Shown piece after piece: positions 11,101 to 19,319 of a DNA stretch of 64,000 bases. Location: IMG/VR virus record IMGVR_UViG_3300036985_005327, positions 24,650 to 88,649 of that record; one strand, given 5' to 3'. Source of the stretch: a virus. Within the stretch, counting starts at the first letter, position 1, and each line of letters opens with the position of its first letter. The notes under the pieces are model-generated. The model worked only from the letters and a program-made list of their open reading frames with translations, did not search any database and was not told where the DNA came from. The position numbers and the translations under genes are program-made.

Positions 11101-14100
11101 AAAGCCCCTGACAAGTATGTACCCCAAGAGATTTTTACTTATGGAATAGATGCGTCAGACAAGCTTCTTGTAGGGTTGTTGGGATGTGATGGTTCACGCA
11201 CTCCCTCAGGGTCGTTAGTTTATTCGTCTGTGTCCCGTACGCTAATTGATGACGTTCAGAGACTATGTCTTCATCGCGGATGGTCTGCTAACTTTAAGAT
11301 TAGCCCTCGGACCAATTACCCTGAAACCTGGAACACATGTTATCGCGCTCAAGTTGTACAATCAAAAAATAGACCACAGGTAAATCACGGACATAGCAAA
11401 ACGCAAAGTGGTCAATCAGAACGGCTGTTTACATCTGAAGAACCTGTTTATGGTTTGACGATCCCGAACCACACGTTGTATGTGCGGCGTAACGGTAAGC
11501 CTGTCTGGAGCGGTAACAGCGGAAATTTTGGGAACAAGGGGGTTGTTTCTGAAATCATACCTGACGAGCACATGATTAAAGACGAGTCAGGGAAGCCCAT
11601 TGATATCATCGTGACCTCGGCCGGTGTTGTTGGCCGAATCAATCCAGCACAGATCCTCGAGGCTGCTGTCGGTAAAGTGGCAGCGAAGACAGGTAAGCCC
11701 GTCCTAGTAGAAAATTTCTCAAGTAGAGACAACGTCCAGTACGCAAAAGACCTACTGAAGAAACACGGAGTCAAAGACAAAGAGACAGTTTTTGACCCGA
11801 TAACGGGGAAAACTATCCCGAGTGTTTTTGTGGGTAACGGGTATTACTTCAAAGCCTTTAAGAGCACGGACGTCAACTACAGCGCCAGGAACATTGGAAG
11901 CTATGACGCGAATTTACAGCCCACCAAGGGTGGTGACGCGAGCTCTAAAGCTTTGGGTATGATGGAGTTCGGTGCTCTCGTGGGTCATAACGCTCGTAAC
12001 GTTCTGTTGGAGGCGTCTACACTCAAGAGCCAAAAGAATGATGAGTTCTGGCGCGCTCTCCAGATGGGGTACCCTACTCCTCCTCCAAAGACCTCCTTCG
12101 CTGCCGACAAGTTTATGAACATGCTCGTAGGAGCCGGGGTCAAGGTAACGCGTACGGGATCGAAGATTGCTTTGGGTCCGCTCACAGACCACGACACTAT
12201 GAAGATGTCCGCTGGTGAAATCTTGGAGCCCAAGCTTGTTAGGGCTAAGGACCTGAAGCCTGAGAAGGGTGGTCTCTTTGACCCAGGCATTACGGGTGGT
12301 CTCAAGGGAGATCGTTGGGCACACATCGATCTCGCGGAGCCAATTGTAAACCCCATTTTTGAGGAGCCCGTTCGTCGCTTTTTGGGAATGACCGGGACTA
12401 AGCTCACTGAGACTATCCACAATCAAGGTGCTGGTTACCTGAAGACAGAGCTGAACAAAATAGACCTGGATAAGAAACAGGCTGAGCTGGAAGACAAGAG
12501 CAAAAAAGCAAAGGGCTCTGACCTAGACAGCATTGTTAAGCAGCTCAAGTACATCAAGTCTCTCAAGTCGTTGAACCTGATTCCGGGTGACGCGTACATC
12601 ATCTCGAAGATTCCGGTTGTTCCTCCGCTGGTACGCCCTGTCATCCCTGGCAAGGGAGGTCAGGAGCTCATTTACGGTGACATCAATCCTCTCTATAGAG
12701 ATCTTCTTTTCGTGAACAACCAGCTCAAGGAAGTTAAGAAGGCTGGCACGATGCCTTTTGAGGAAGCCAAGCTTCGCCCGATGCTCCACCAAGCTGTTGG
12801 TGCTGTTTACGGAGTAAACGACCCTGTCACCACAAAGTCGTTAGCCCGAGGGCACAAAGGGTTCCTTACGTATATCGCGGGAGCGGGTAGCCCAAAGTAC
12901 GGATACTTCCAGTCTAAGCTGATGAAGAAGACACAAGACGTAGCTGGCCGTGGAACCATTGTCCCGGACAGCAATCTTGGCATAGACGAGGTTGGACTTC
13001 CCGAAGATATGATCTGGACGATGTACGAGAAGTTTTTGATTCGGCGTCTCGTGCAGCAGGGTTACGCACCCCTCGAAGCCCAAGAGATGATTAAGGCGCG
13101 TCATCCGCTAGCCAAAGAAGCGTTTATGCGTGAGATCAAAGAACGCCCTGTGATGATGAATAGAGCTCCCACTCTACACCGTTTTAACATCACTGGTGCT
13201 TTTCCTGTGCCAGTAGCAGGACAGACGATTCGGGTGAATCCGTTTGTTGAGATTGCCCAAAATGGTGACTACGACGGTGATTGCGCTGATTGTACCCTAG
13301 AATATGCTATTTGTATCGCAGGGAAGTATGTGCTACAAAGTCTCCACATTGGGGATTTCCCCCACAACAAGGAGACGAAGAAAGTGACTGGAAACAAAGA
13401 GCTCTACGAAGTCCCGGCGAACACGTTTGTCTTTGGCTACAGCGAGAAGAACCAGAGGGTGCAACTCTGTGAGGTGACGCACTTCTCGGTGCACCATGAC
13501 TTGGAGATGGTGAACGCCACGCTCACCAGTGGGAGGTCCGTGAAGGTTTCTCGCGACCACAGCATGTTCGGCATGAACCCGGAGACAGGTGAGCTGTCGC
13601 GGTTCAAAGCCGAAGAGGGTATTGGTTGGGGCACACCTAAACCACGCCAGTTATTCGTAGAACAAAAACGAGATTATTTAACTGACCACTGTGACGCTCC
13701 TGACCTAGAGAATGTACCGATGGACTTCAACTTAGGTTGGGTACTAGGTGCTTGGGCGGGAGATGGGTGGGTTGGTCACTCAAACGATAGCCCCAACCAA
13801 GTGTGTCTTGCAAAGGTTGACCCGCTAGTTCGGCATACATTTACGCAGCGTATGTTCCGTTATAAGGAGGACGCGAGTTTGCGTGAGTACTCGGCCACGC
13901 ATGATTACGGAGGAGGTGAGTACACTTCTACGAAAATACACATAAATAATACTAAACTGGCTAAGTGGTTTTCAGGTGTCACCGAAGGCATCCGGGGCTC
14001 CCATAACAAAAAGCTTCCTAGTTGGTTTATGCACGGTAAAGAAGATTTCCTTCTCGGTCTTCTCAGTGGATTACTGGACACAGACGGAACAGTATGCAGC

Positions 14101-14991
14101 GTAAAAGCCAAAGCAAAGAACAAGCCCCAGATTATGGCCACGTACCATACCGTATCTCGTAACCTAGCGGTGGACGTATCCACGCTGCTATGCCTTTTGG
14201 GAATCAAGTCCCGGATACACCCCTACACCAAAAAAGAGAGTCCGGGGCAAGAGTATTACAACGTTGTGATATCTGTCCCAGACCTACAAAAGGTTGCAGG
14301 ACAACTCCAGTGCGCTACAGAGTCTAAAGCCCGAGTGCTCAAAGAACTGTCTAACATCACTTTTGACCCGAGTGCTCCTGAGAATGCTCGGTGGGACATG
14401 CTCCCAATCTCTGGAGCTACGATCCAGGCGATTCGCAGTGTACAAATTTTATCGACTAGTTCGTGTGAGTATGTCGCACTAACAAAAGCGGTGAAGCTAA
14501 ATAGAATTTCTCGTGGCGTTTTGAACAAAATACGAGAACAACTCGGAGATGATTTAGTTAAGGACGTCTGTGGTGCTGCGTGGTTTAAGAACGTTACTAA
14601 CGAAAACATCATCTGGGACTTTATCGAAACAGTAGTTCCGCTTGATGAACGACAGACTGCTTGGGACATCACAGTTCCTGATGGCTGTACGTTCATGACC
14701 AGCGAGCAAATCGTTGTTTACGACACCATGATGATTCACACCCCGGTGTCAAACGCGGCGATTGAAGACGTCAAGAAAATGACGCTCTCGAACACGCTGT
14801 ACGGAGACAAATCACACAGCGACCTCTTTGTTGTGCCGCGTCACGAGTCAACAATGGGTATCACGCATGCTAGTGGTTTAGACGACCACAACAAGCCAAT
14901 TCACTTTGCGACACAAGCCGATGCTATGAAGGCGTACCACGACAGTAAAATTACTCTAGGTACCCGCGTAACGATTGGCGAGCAAAAGTGA
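8101..14991 (+). CDS. rpoBC: DNA-directed RNA polymerase beta subunit fused to N-terminal half of beta', containing two inteins (about 1452 aa after splicing)
   Basis: beta motifs: TNPMEL..MRITSLGEGG, IHPTQIGAIDPMRTPE, LIPF..NQGNRIIMGSKYQTQA, LALGKN..AYMP, GDKL/GNKGVV, RINPAQILE, SAR..GSY..QPTKGG. beta' motifs: KPEKGGLF, IPVVPPLVRP, NRAPTLHR, catalytic NGDYDGD. Confidence 0.97.
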   Translation: MTQDIQPFLVSADIKREHIRNKVVEGIQESFPIKSRSKTIHVSDITVQNKDYSPSDQKTAIMEGNSLFEHVKGTITVRDNATGEISDKIKNFTLAKVPWFTPRHTLIVGGNEYSVASMVRPKTGVYARKRANGILEANFNMQGASNFNVTMDPEQGEMQIEYGASKIPLYPILTRAGLTHEDISTAWGKDLADKNRQMAPKNASGVVDRLYNKVVPIYGRDVLKLTTPEDKVKEIFNRYSKATMDPEVNKVTLGMPYSSVTPHVILDASKKVLKIFKNSDEVDDRDNLDFKALYGIDDFFKERIKLDARDIARKASIKIEAKKDLRHAVQSAPFTPGLLKFINTSRLVSVPTQTNPMELIDSSMRITSLGEGGISSERAIPMEARMIHPTQIGAIDPMRTPESFQAGVDVRAAMMLHKDKQGNIYVPMYDVKNGKKLVFIRAGQIQNNVVAFPQQKLEGQVDALVNGVTRKVSASTVQYQIPHSSVMYSPATNLIPFMESNQGNRIIMGSKYQTQALSLVDRDVPNVQSISQTGKPMVTVMAETINPKSPVDGLITEIDKDYIRIKPDTGKGVVSVHYETNFPLAAKSFLHHTLNVRVGDHVKQGQMLANSNYTKDGQLALGKNLTVAYMPYRGANSNDAVVVSEGAAKKLTSEKMYKIIVARDVDMTFNKDKHQVYYGHEYKRDQYGLVDADGVVKKGAKLNAGDPVIFGLRQSTMTPDDILLGRLHKSLIKPFRNASEIWDHNHTGEVVDVVKTPKRIAITIKVKEPVVVGDKLCYAVNTDILTTTGWKPVEKVTVSDVCYTLNTEGVIELHNPTNVHAYPHGEEMYELKSQQVDLRVTANHSLLVELRGTKTFNLIEARDVIGKRVRHRKDGVWSCGTTPKFFELPILEILETGKGCKKSQKAANRHAPIQMLDWLEFLGIYLANGSTTIFNRKDRNGAVEHIVQLSSDYGQIHSISGDQYAWIQEVIERCGFYYQAIPKGFLIKSKQLACYLSQFGKAPDKYVPQEIFTYGIDASDKLLVGLLGCDGSRTPSGSLVYSSVSRTLIDDVQRLCLHRGWSANFKISPRTNYPETWNTCYRAQVVQSKNRPQVNHGHSKTQSGQSERLFTSEEPVYGLTIPNHTLYVRRNGKPVWSGNSGNFGNKGVVSEIIPDEHMIKDESGKPIDIIVTSAGVVGRINPAQILEAAVGKVAAKTGKPVLVENFSSRDNVQYAKDLLKKHGVKDKETVFDPITGKTIPSVFVGNGYYFKAFKSTDVNYSARNIGSYDANLQPTKGGDASSKALGMMEFGALVGHNARNVLLEASTLKSQKNDEFWRALQMGYPTPPPKTSFAADKFMNMLVGAGVKVTRTGSKIALGPLTDHDTMKMSAGEILEPKLVRAKDLKPEKGGLFDPGITGGLKGDRWAHIDLAEPIVNPIFEEPVRRFLGMTGTKLTETIHNQGAGYLKTELNKIDLDKKQAELEDKSKKAKGSDLDSIVKQLKYIKSLKSLNLIPGDAYIISKIPVVPPLVRPVIPGKGGQELIYGDINPLYRDLLFVNNQLKEVKKAGTMPFEEAKLRPMLHQAVGAVYGVNDPVTTKSLARGHKGFLTYIAGAGSPKYGYFQSKLMKKTQDVAGRGTIVPDSNLGIDEVGLPEDMIWTMYEKFLIRRLVQQGYAPLEAQEMIKARHPLAKEAFMREIKERPVMMNRAPTLHRFNITGAFPVPVAGQTIRVNPFVEIAQNGDYDGDCADCTLEYAICIAGKYVLQSLHIGDFPHNKETKKVTGNKELYEVPANTFVFGYSEKNQRVQLCEVTHFSVHHDLEMVNATLTSGRSVKVSRDHSMFGMNPETGELSRFKAEEGIGWGTPKPRQLFVEQKRDYLTDHCDAPDLENVPMDFNLGWVLGAWAGDGWVGHSNDSPNQVCLAKVDPLVRHTFTQRMFRYKEDASLREYSATHDYGGGEYTSTKIHINNTKLAKWFSGVTEGIRGSHNKKLPSWFMHGKEDFLLGLLSGLLDTDGTVCSVKAKAKNKPQIMATYHTVSRNLAVDVSTLLCLLGIKSRIHPYTKKESPGQEYYNVVISVPDLQKVAGQLQCATESKARVLKELSNITFDPSAPENARWDMLPISGATIQAIRSVQILSTSSCEYVALTKAVKLNRISRGVLNKIREQLGDDLVKDVCGAAWFKNVTNENIIWDFIETVVPLDERQTAWDITVPDGCTFMTSEQIVVYDTMMIHTPVSNAAIEDVKKMTLSNTLYGDKSHSDLFVVPRHESTMGITHASGLDDHNKPIHFATQADAMKAYHDSKITLGTRVTIGEQK
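10429..11517 (+). mobile_element. intein 1 (363 aa) with LAGLIDADG homing endonuclease, in beta GDK motif
   Basis: GDKL|CYAVNTDILT ... VTANH (block B) ... FLGIYLANG, LLVGLLGCDG ... VWSGN|S. Removal restores GDKLSGNFGNKG. DNA is more AT-rich than the flanks. Confidence 0.93.
13282..14724 (+). mobile_element. intein 2 (481 aa) with LAGLIDADG endonuclease, directly after catalytic DxDGD; atypical C-terminal Tyr-Asp
   Basis: NGDYDGD|CADC ... VSRDH ... VLGAWAGDG, LLSGLLDTDG ... AWDITVP..TF..IVVYD|TMMIHTP. Removal gives DYDGD-TMMIHTP, matching DFDGD-QMAVHVP. Confidence 0.9.
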
Positions 14992-16439
14992 ACAAGCAAG
15001 ACGTTCTAGACTACTACACTACCCCGCATATTCAGGATGCTTTACTCCGTAATTTTTATGGAGACGAAGCCCTGACGCTCGTGCAGCATGAAGAAGGGAA
15101 ACCTTTTTATCGTAGGAATCTAGACGGGAATCCAATCAAGCTGAACAACCAGGGGCAGCTTAAACGGCTACTGGACCAGCGTACAGTTGAATTTCATCCG
15201 TCGATTGGGAAGACCACGAACGTCGTGTGGGTGGATATCGATCCAGGGAAAGATGTCACAACCCATAATCTTAAACCAATCGTAAAGCAAATCGACACAA
15301 TCCTAAAGGGGATGCCTGAAGTGACACGAACGTCGCTGGCGTTCTCGGGGGGTCGGGGGTTCTATGTTCGAGGTCATCTTAAAGAAGAGATGGCTACGGA
15401 CGAGGTACAGAAACTCCTGGACGAGAAGCTGAAGAAGCTGACCGTGAGTGACCCCAAGTTGGTTATGGCTCCTCCGCAGTCTCTTCAGGTACGTCTCGAC
15501 ACCTCGACGCTTCATAACAAAGGTTCTATTCGTGGTTTGTACTCCTTGAACTCTGAGACAGGATTGGCGTCAGTGCCTCTTAAAAGGCACGAGCTCAATG
15601 ACTTCAATCCAGACACAGACGCTAATCCAAAAAGATTAATGGAAGCGGAGTTCGCTCCAGGGATACCACGTGACAAAAGAACTCATGACATTCCCACCCT
15701 TGCAGGAGCTGCTTGGACCATGTCAGTGCAGCAGCATGACGCGGTTAAAGCGGGTCCTCACTGGGATCTTCGGCTCATTGACCCGGACACGAGTCACGCG
15801 CACTCATGGGCTATCCCAAAAGCAAAGTTTCCTGAAGCAGGAGGAAAACCCCTGCTTGCTATACAGACCCCTACGCACACATCTGATTATGCTCTCCAAT
15901 TTGGAGAGAGCGGGCCTCAGCAAATACATTCGGGATACGGACGTGGCTCTGTTGAGATCAAACACAAAGAACCTATAACGGTTTTGTCGTCTAGGCTAGA
16001 TAGTCTAAAATTCGAACGAACCGTAGGTGATGCTAAAAAAGAGCGGTATGCTCTAGTTCGAACAAACAAGGACAAGTGGCTCATGCGAAATATCACTGAG
16101 AAAGTTGCTTCGTCGTTTTACTGGCAGGGCTACTTTGATACGCTCTACAAGTTAGGTGCTGAAGAGGTGAGCGGTATCGACCAAGGTCAGTCCGGTAACG
16201 CGTCTACTACAGAGTCGGGTCGCCCTATTCCTAGCAACGACGAGAACACAGGTGCGGGACAGTTAGCCGCAGTGTTTAACGAGATGAACGTAGACGGCGA
16301 GGGTGGAGAAGTTCAAGCAGACGGAACGGGCAACAAGGTAGACAAACACCTCGAGCGTCCCTCTGAGTGGGGCAATCCGTTCTCCGTGGGAACCATGAGC
16401 GGGTCTTCACCGATCATTCCGGGTGGCGGCGGTAACTGA
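14988..16439 (+). CDS. LigD-like protein: AEP primase-polymerase domain + 3'-phosphoesterase domain, no ligase domain; C-terminal low-complexity tail
   Basis: AEP: WVDIDP, FSGGRGFY, VRLD..., YSL. PE: VQQHDA...HWDLRL, HSWAIPK, LAIQTPTHTSDY, GYGRGSVEI. GTGA and TGATG overlaps with both RNAP genes. Confidence 0.85.
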   Translation: MNKQDVLDYYTTPHIQDALLRNFYGDEALTLVQHEEGKPFYRRNLDGNPIKLNNQGQLKRLLDQRTVEFHPSIGKTTNVVWVDIDPGKDVTTHNLKPIVKQIDTILKGMPEVTRTSLAFSGGRGFYVRGHLKEEMATDEVQKLLDEKLKKLTVSDPKLVMAPPQSLQVRLDTSTLHNKGSIRGLYSLNSETGLASVPLKRHELNDFNPDTDANPKRLMEAEFAPGIPRDKRTHDIPTLAGAAWTMSVQQHDAVKAGPHWDLRLIDPDTSHAHSWAIPKAKFPEAGGKPLLAIQTPTHTSDYALQFGESGPQQIHSGYGRGSVEIKHKEPITVLSSRLDSLKFERTVGDAKKERYALVRTNKDKWLMRNITEKVASSFYWQGYFDTLYKLGAEEVSGIDQGQSGNASTTESGRPIPSNDENTGAGQLAAVFNEMNVDGEGGEVQADGTGNKVDKHLERPSEWGNPFSVGTMSGSSPIIPGGGGN

Positions 16440-18244
16440 TGACAACCGAGGGAACTCCTTTTGGTCAGCATTTGATTAATGAGCTTATGCCTGAAGGGTA
16501 TAAGTTCAAAGGTCAAATAACAGGTAAAGATTTCACGGGAACAATGACCCGGTTATCAAAAACTGACCCGCACACGTACGCTCAAATTGTGGGTAACGTG
16601 AAACGGTTAGGCGACCACCTTGCTACCACGGAAGGTCTCTCGGTTGGGCTTGATGATATCGCTCCTGACTACGCTGAGCGCGCTCCGTTAATGGCTCAGG
16701 TATCTGCAAAGTTCCATAAGGCAAAAACAGATAACGAGAAGCGCACAGTATTAGAAGACGCGCACCAGGGTTTCAAAGATTTGGCTATGCGTCATCCAGG
16801 CACTATGACGCAGCAGGTTGCCTCAGGTTCTCGCGGTAAACCAAACCAGTATATGAAAATCGTAGCTTCTCCTGTGTACGGAAGAGACGGGCGTGGGAGA
16901 GTAGAACCTTGGTTAATCCGTAAGTCCTATTCAGAGGGGATGTCGCCAGCGGACAACTGGGTTGTGAGTAGCGAAGCCATTCTTGATACTATCAAGTCAA
17001 GCACATCAGTGTCTGAACCCGGTGAGCTCTCTAAGATTCTGGTCAGTAACATGAACAACATTCTAATTACTGAGCAGGACTGTGGGACGCATAACGGTAT
17101 ACTGATGGACCCTCGCGACTCAGACGTTGTTGACCGCTATCTGGCGCGTGACGTGGGTGCCTTTAGGCGTAACACCTTGATTACGCCGAACGTGCAGCCT
17201 TCTTTGTCCAAAGCGTCTTCGGGAAAGATCCTGGTTCGTTCTCCTATGACCTGTGAAGCGAGTGACGGCGTTTGCCAACACTGCCAAGGTCTTAACGAGA
17301 AGGGAAGAATGCACGACATCGGGACAAACGTAGGTGTGCGTTCGGCTCAAGCTATGGCTGAGCCACTGACGCAGCTTGCTCTGTCTGCTAAGCACGGAGC
17401 GAACACGGCATCTTCCGGGAGAATGCAGTTGCAAGGACTCTCTGGTTTTCGACAGGCCATCGAGTCTCCCAACCTTTTTATGCACAAGGCCACGCTGTCT
17501 ACTCTTAACGGCCAAGTGACCAAGGTAGAAAAAGCCCCTCAAGGAGGACACTTTGTTCACGTGGGTGACGTGTCCCACTACGCTACTCCAGGTCTGGGCC
17601 TGAAAGTAAAAGTTGGCGATTCCGTTGAACAAGGGGATGCCCTGAGCGACGGGATTCCCAAACCAAACGAGGTAGTCAAGTACAAGGGCCTGGGGGCTGG
17701 TCGAGTTTACATGGTAAATACCCTGCGTGGAATTTACAAAGACCAGGGGATCAATATTGACCAGCGCCACTTTGAGCTATTAGCTCTGGGTGAGTTGAAC
17801 CATGTCCGAATTTTGGACGATCCTGGTAAGAATTTTCTCAAAGGAGACGTTGTTCGCTACAACAACCTGAAGTCTGCGTTGTCTCAAGGGATCAAACAGA
17901 TGAGTCTCTCTGATGCTCTGGGGGAGACGTTAGGTAAAGAGTACTTTCATTTTTCTGTGGGTATGCGCGTAACGTCTTCAATGGTAGATTTTCTTAAAGC
18001 CCACGGAGTTAAGGAAGTTTTTATAGCTCCCAGAGCTCCCCAAGTTGAATTCGTAATGAAGCCAGCTACACGTGCTCCGTTGTACAACCCCGATTGGATG
18101 GCTCGGCTAGCACACAGAAACTTAAAAGTTACACTGCAGCAAGCAGCCCACTTTGGGGAAATATCCGACGTACACGGTTCTTCGCCTATTCCGGCCTATG
18201 TTTTAGGTACTGAATTTGGAAAAGGCGAAAAGGGAAAATACTAA
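16439..18244 (+). CDS. rpoC: DNA-directed RNA polymerase beta' subunit, C-terminal half
   Basis: GLSVGLDD, SGSRG, SYSEG, ITEQDCGT, VRSPMTC..GVCQHCQG (Zn site), trigger loop SAQAMAEPLTQLALSAKH, QGINIDQRHFE. Confidence 0.95.
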   Translation: MTTEGTPFGQHLINELMPEGYKFKGQITGKDFTGTMTRLSKTDPHTYAQIVGNVKRLGDHLATTEGLSVGLDDIAPDYAERAPLMAQVSAKFHKAKTDNEKRTVLEDAHQGFKDLAMRHPGTMTQQVASGSRGKPNQYMKIVASPVYGRDGRGRVEPWLIRKSYSEGMSPADNWVVSSEAILDTIKSSTSVSEPGELSKILVSNMNNILITEQDCGTHNGILMDPRDSDVVDRYLARDVGAFRRNTLITPNVQPSLSKASSGKILVRSPMTCEASDGVCQHCQGLNEKGRMHDIGTNVGVRSAQAMAEPLTQLALSAKHGANTASSGRMQLQGLSGFRQAIESPNLFMHKATLSTLNGQVTKVEKAPQGGHFVHVGDVSHYATPGLGLKVKVGDSVEQGDALSDGIPKPNEVVKYKGLGAGRVYMVNTLRGIYKDQGINIDQRHFELLALGELNHVRILDDPGKNFLKGDVVRYNNLKSALSQGIKQMSLSDALGETLGKEYFHFSVGMRVTSSMVDFLKAHGVKEVFIAPRAPQVEFVMKPATRAPLYNPDWMARLAHRNLKVTLQQAAHFGEISDVHGSSPIPAYVLGTEFGKGEKGKY

Positions 18245-18246
18245 AC

Positions 18247-18861
18247 ATGACGCCGTTTGAATCAGGTTGGGACGATGTTATTTCGGCGTTGGGTCTTACT
18301 AAAACAGCGTTGGCTGTACCCCCGGCTGCAGCGTCTCAATTGGCAGGCAAGGCGATGTCTACAGGCGTGAACGCCGCGACTAAGACCCCTTGGTACACTT
18401 CTGTGCGTAAAGGCGCGATAGGAGAACCTATCAACTTTGGTAAAGAATTACTGTCAGGTAAAGCCTTTACGCGCGAAGGTATGATGTACGATGGCTTTCG
18501 AGCTAGGTCCACTATGGACAAAGCATTGCTGTATGGGTTGCCCGCATTCATGGGGTATCAGACCATGAAAAGCGATGCCCCTGATAAAGCGCAACAGATG
18601 GGTGGTTTGGTTGCTTCTACTTTGGGTACGAACGCTCTCTTCCGACCTTTTGGTATGCTCGGAAGTATGTTAGCGTACCCAGCATTAGATAGAATAGGAC
18701 GTGGAGCGGTGAACGTAGCTCAAAAAGCCACGGGAACATTCGGTCAATCCGATGCTCAAAATCCGTACGCTTCATTCCAAAGAAAGCAACAACAACCCCA
18801 GCAACAACAGCAGCAACAACCTCAGCAATTTCAAAGAAGAGACTACGGTAGTCTCACTTGA
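18247..18861 (+). CDS. putative head-internal (ejection) protein with leader motif and poly-Q tail
   Basis: N-terminus PFESGWDDVISALGLTKTA followed by Gly/Ala-rich hydrophobic segments; position in head module. Confidence 0.55.
   Translation: MTPFESGWDDVISALGLTKTALAVPPAAASQLAGKAMSTGVNAATKTPWYTSVRKGAIGEPINFGKELLSGKAFTREGMMYDGFRARSTMDKALLYGLPAFMGYQTMKSDAPDKAQQMGGLVASTLGTNALFRPFGMLGSMLAYPALDRIGRGAVNVAQKATGTFGQSDAQNPYASFQRKQQQPQQQQQQQPQQFQRRDYGSLT
18787..18828 (+). repeat. CAA/CAG poly-glutamine microsatellite
   Basis: caacaacaaccccagcaacaacagcagcaacaacctcagcaa encodes QQQPQQQQQQQPQQ. Confidence 0.85.
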
Positions 18862-18907
18862 TATTTAGTCGTACACTTGTGAAAGGTACGCTAGGAGGAA
18901 ACGTTTC

Positions 18908-19297
18908 ATGCTCACTGCTCTTATGTTGAAACAAGCCTACGCTCATGGAGCAGCCTCTGCTCTTCGTGAGGTCGGGTATCCGCTACAAACGGCGCATAAC
19001 ATTAGCGTTAAGTTAGCAGAAGAAGCTATGAGCGCCTCCCCGCAACCCGTGATGCCGCAGGAGATGCAACCCGAGATGCAGCCTGGAATGCAGACCGAGG
19101 AAGTGCAGCCCGAGAGACACCTCTTAGGCCCCAACCCCGGAATGCAGGAACAGCAGGAATCTCCTGATGTCGGAAGCCTAGTCGAAAGCGGAGGGTTGGG
19201 CGTTCCTCAATCCCCTGAAATGCAAGAACAAGAAGCCCCTCCTGAGGCGTACGCAGATGCCACCAACGACGACATCTACGGCGCGCTTAGCGAGTAA
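18908..19297 (+). CDS. putative head-internal protein (acidic, P/Q/E-rich)
   Basis: AGGAGG RBS; LKQAYAHGAASALREVG leader; MQPE repeats. Confidence 0.6.
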   Translation: MLTALMLKQAYAHGAASALREVGYPLQTAHNISVKLAEEAMSASPQPVMPQEMQPEMQPGMQTEEVQPERHLLGPNPGMQEQQESPDVGSLVESGGLGVPQSPEMQEQEAPPEAYADATNDDIYGALSE

Positions 19298-19319
19298 CGT
19301 ACTAAAAGGAGTCAACACC

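Noticed and set aside
14988-16439. Intervening gene as an intron- or intein-encoded ORF splitting rpoC
   Set aside because: It has its own start and stop with coupling overlaps; no splicing motifs and no flanking non-coding intron sequence.
8101-18244. Host chromosomal rpoBC locus or chimeric assembly
   Set aside because: No ribosomal protein genes nearby; the genes overlap phage genes, sit between portal and head genes, and are streamlined.
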